A stretch of DNA of 26,046 nt from the NCBI GenBank assembly GCA_001687465.1, contig LVLI01000249.1, forward strand, positions 124,001-150,046. The letters are read 5' to 3'. Of the stretch, positions 21,994 through 26,046 are shown piece by piece. The position numbers and the translations under genes were made by a program. How positions within the stretch are numbered: the first letter of the stretch is position 1; each line of letters starts with the position of its first letter. Under the pieces are notes generated by a model, which saw nothing but the letters and a program-made list of their open reading frames with translations, searched no databases and was not told where the DNA came from. Origin of the DNA: Halocafeteria seosinensis. Lineage: Eukaryota.

Positions 21994-24600
21994 TCAGCTT
22001 GGTGGAGGCGGCGGTGGATTCGCTTGAGTGTCAGTCTCCTCAGACTCAGAACTCTCTGAGTCTCCATGGCTTCCAACAGAATGATCATGCGAAGCATCGT
22101 TGCTGACATCGTTGCTACTCGGGCAAGTGCCCTCCACGATCGCAGTGAATGAATCAGACTGTAGCCGCTGAAGATCGCTTTCTAAATAGATACGTCTTCG
22201 AAAGAGGATTTCGGTTTCACGCTCTAACGAGTCTGCCATTTTCCAGATTGTCGTCCCTTTAGAATTGTACTTCTTACAGTTCCACCAAATCCGCCGAACG
22301 TCGGTAATGAAGCCGACCGGTCCTTCCGGAGAAAACTCGTTTTCGCGCACGCTCGCTTGTACTCCTTCCATTTGTGGTACTGGCTGAACTGGCTCGTTTC
22401 GAAGGATTGAGCCAATATTCCTGTCCTCGTGGTAGTGACCCCTTCTCATGCGCGCCTCGACTGATGCAAGATCTAGTGGGAGTGCAATGATGTCGTTGTA
22501 GTCGGGAATGCCCAGTTTTACAGCATTGATAGGGGAAAAAAATGGATCTGCAAATTCATGTCGCTGAAGATGCTGCAGAATTGATAAACAGCCGCCAACA
22601 TTACCACGTGTAAAGAAGTTATGGTTCCAGAGGTCATCTAAGGTGCTTGGCGGGGGCTTCGCTAGTTGCCAATAAGGTTGTCTATCAATATCTGGCAAAC
22701 GTGGTAAGCTACTCGTATAGCGTATTTGGGCTACATCTCGCCGTTCTTCTTCATCTCCATGCCGATCGCCGCGCCACGCCCCCAGCGTAGGAAGATTACG
22801 AAATCCGTAGGACAAATCAACCTTCCCCACACGCTCTCCAGAAAATTTGCTTCCATAGATCACAGATTGCACATAGTTTCCTTCGGCACTGATCGAACCT
22901 CCACCGTAGATAGCCGTGCGAGGTAATATGTTAAGAGGATTTGCTCCACCCAGTGTGCGCGTTTCGGTTCCGGGGACAATCATGAACCGTTCTTCTACGT
23001 TTACAACCTGACGGTTATAGGCTATACCGTGGGTGCACACAAGGCATGTCCACTTAGTGGACTGAACTTGTTGTAGTTTTACTCCGACGCAATCCTCATG
23101 AAATGACCGAGGACAGAGGTCACAACACAGAAGCTTCCCAACGCCCCCGCAAAAGCTACAGAAATTAATATTCCCATCATCTCCTTTCACGTTATGCGTG
23201 TCTTTTAAAGTCTTTCGCGGATGGCTACTTTCCTGAGATTGATTCAAACTGGAGCCACAATTAGAGCATATACTCTCTGTTTGCCCCACAGTCCGTTGAC
23301 AGTTAGAGCACGCGCGGTGAGTCGTACCCGATTGTGTTTGACTATCCACCCTTCGTCGTTTGGATTCTGGCGTGTTCTTAGAGGGATCCGTTTGAGAAGA
23401 CGTCTTCGTATTTCGACGGCCCTGGCTCTGGTTTCCGTGCTTGCCAGATTTGGGTGACTTGAGGTGTTCCTGAGTAAGCATGTCCACTCTAGCGGTGTTA
23501 CTGTGACTGTATTCGTCAATTTGCTTCTTTAGCTCTTCAGTTGTCATTTGCAGTACTCTCTTGAAAGAAACTCTTTGTTCTAATAGGAGTTTCTGAAGCT
23601 GATGGAAGCTAAGGTCGTTGACAGATTTGTCTCTAGGTGGAAGACCGGGCACTCGAGAGACATCCGCGTCGTAGAAAAGCGATCGTCCATTCAATCCATA
23701 AGCAAGGGTAAATTGCGACGGATCCATGTTTTCGGCTTTATTCAAGAGCATTGTGACGGATGACTCCTTTCGTGTCTCTCTGTATTGAGATAGTTTCAGC
23801 GCTTCTTGGTGTTTCGGGTCCCGCCTCTGCAAGTCGAATTGGTAGCGGACTCGATTTATAGCATCTTGTTGGACCTTGGCAAAACGAGCATCGTTTTTGC
23901 ATTGCTCTTGTTTCTGTTTCTCTGGAATGATCATTGCTATACCTGCTTCTTTACCCAGTCTCCCAGCTTGATGGTGCCGTAGCCAGTGTAAGTACTGGTT
24001 AATTTTATCATTGAGGACCTGTTCAATCTCCCTCATCTGCCAGATCATGCAAACGAAGCAACATCCATTCAGTCAGTATTTGTCTTAAACTCAAGGTGTA
24101 AACAGCGACTAACCTGTTGTGTAGTATAGCGTCGCTTTTGACATTCCTGCCGAACCACTCTGCAATTCCAAGCAAACCCGTTATGTCTGCACAATCGAGC
24201 AAGATGTTCCTGTGTAATCCAACCAACATACGTAAAAACATCATCATCATCGTCGTCGTCGTCATCATCTTCCTCTCCCGATTTGACGTCATCCCTGGAC
24301 GTAGCACTGCTGTTCGTCTGGGTAGTAGTACCCTCTTGCTGGGGTGAAGTTGGGCTCACCACAGCCTGGGCTGCAAAGGAGGACAAGGCAGCCGCGGCTT
24401 CAGCCTCATCAAACACGGGCGCTTCCGCCGCCGTTCCGGCGCCTATTTGTTCATTGCCCTGCGGGACATCCTTGGTCTGGGTGAAATCGTGCCATGGATT
24501 GAATAAGTCAATGGTTTTGGGCCCCAGATAGGGCAAATCGACCTCGATCCGAGCTCGCAGTAAGGCCCCTGTGGAGCCCATGGAAGTGGAATAAGACATC
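21994..24600 (-). CDS. Zn-ribbon + PHD finger + bromodomain chromatin reader; exons <=24603..24114 and 24036..21994, 5' end uncertain
   Basis: PHD (C4HC3): FCSFCGGVGKLLCCDLCPRSFHEDC...WTCLVC. Bromodomain: FADPFFSPIN...IPDYNDIIALPLDL...DVRRIWWNCKKYN. CSNC..CSNCG ribbon. Intron 24037..24113 (77 nt) is in frame; a probable further intron lies at 24604..24683. Confidence 0.85.
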
Positions 24601-24999
24601 TTCCTGCAATATCTGTACAATCTACTGAGGTTGAATATCAATACAGGTGATATATATATACCAGCACTACCGAGAACCAGTACCCTCTTAATGGTACCGC
24701 ACTTCTGCTAAAATTACTTTGAACCGAAGAAAGAAGCTGATACAGTGACATACAAATCAGTCGTATCCAGCAATGCGCAGCATATGTTTGTTGCATGAGA
24801 CGAAGAACAGTGTATCGAATGACAAGGTCGTAGAATCGGCGCTTCTTCACAAGGTCTGCAGCATGGTGCGGAAAACGGCGTCAGAAAGGCACCGCACTTC
24901 TGACATTCTGTTCTTAATATTTTTTCATGCTGTCATAGACGCTAAAACTGAATTGATAAAAATCTATAAGAATTTGTCTATCTATTATTCTTTCAAATT

Positions 25000-25760
25000 T
25001 TCAGTACGATAGCGCTGAATTGGTATATAGCGGAGGTATCCTCCCAGGGTCGTTCATTCCAAATCGCTTTTTGAAATAAGAGAAATTGGCGGAGGATGCG
25101 AAGGCGTAGCCCCATTGTACGAAAGAAAAATGGCAAAACCATGCACATGATGAAACTCAGAATCACATGGTCACACTCATTCGAATCTGTATGTACCATG
25201 AATTACACAAATCGCGCAACAAACTGAAGAACCTGGTAGGCCGCCAACCAGCATCTGGGATCCATTCCGATAATACGTCTATAGCAACTTCACTAAAAGG
25301 ATTGCATTCAAATGAAGACCGCGGATACGCCAGGATTTAGTTATTCGTGGGATGCCTTTGAGTGAAGCTTGCCTGAGCCATGATACAGCCGAAGAGATAT
25401 ACAGGGAAAGCTTGGCCGGAAGCCGAGTGGATTCCTGAGTTTCTTCACAACTGCACTTGCGAAGCATTCAAGCAGCATGGATAATAAGACAAATAATTGT
25501 ATGCAGAGATTCTTTTCCGGAGTATCCGGAAGGCTATTTCGATAGTGGGTCGCCAATTCGCCCGTCTCGTAACGTTGAGCGAAAGTGAAAACTGGCCTCT
25601 TTTCTACGATGCTGCTGCCATACATGATGACAGCACCAGACAATCTTTGGCAGGCTACAGACCGGAGGAACTCAGACAAATGTGCAAAGCTAGCGGTTTG
25701 CCTGTTTACGGTACAATGCTTGTACTCACGACTGCACCAATACCGGCGGGAGGATACTGA
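25000..25760 (+). pseudogene. Decayed intronless ORF with a SAP domain, possibly an RLE-type LINE relic
   Basis: LAGYRPEELRQMCKASGLPVYGTMLVL/RLHQY is a SAP motif broken by a frameshift near 25729. Upstream broken frames give HCTKEKWQNHAHDE and RIRQDLVIRG, with several stops. Confidence 0.45.
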
Positions 25761-26046
25761 AGATGTTGACGACTGTCACCAAGAAGAGGGAGCTCCTTCC
25801 CCCACAAATGAGTCGACGACAGTATTGGTGAAATAAAGATCGCCATGGCACCTAAGATAGCGTATCAAGACGCTCTAGTGGAAACCAAGCGGATCGAGCT
25901 CCCCGTTCTACCCAAACTGGCGACTCTGAACTCGACAGCGACTCCGTGGAAGCTTCGACGGAGCCAGATGAAACATCTTCAGAAATATATGGCAGTGCAA
26001 GCGCTCACCCCATCTTCAATAAAGGACGTCATGCGTACGGACGAGC

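Noticed and set aside
1..26046. Prokaryotic operon, defence island or functional gene cluster
   Set aside because: Genes are spliced eukaryotic housekeeping or signalling genes with unrelated functions; no tRNA, rRNA or other ncRNA was recognised.

Overview
Compact, intron-containing eukaryotic DNA, not prokaryotic. An ARL13-type ciliary GTPase implies a flagellated protist; a stramenopile-like origin is my inference only. The GT-AG introns I could place are all 67-82 nt. Host genes in order: atlastin-type GTPase (+, 5' end beyond the left edge), ARL13B-like GTPase (-), the 3' part of an ABCF ATPase (+), a SirB1/FBXO21-like protein (-), a ~1,900-aa cNMP-GAF-C2-helical-PI3K-fold protein (+), an AlkB-family dioxygenase (+) and a PHD-bromodomain protein (-). 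Decayed mobile DNA lies mainly upstream of genes: a frameshifted MULE transposase, a 5'-truncated RNase H/Zn-finger LINE with a long unknown C-terminal extension, an RLE-type LINE 3' end with a 100-bp-period duplication, and a possible second RLE-type relic followed by a SAP domain. The most notable item is the PI3K-fold protein: all recognisable catalytic motifs are replaced, yet the gene is intact and fused to two candidate cyclic-nucleotide-sensing modules. All family calls come from manual motif recognition, not database searches.
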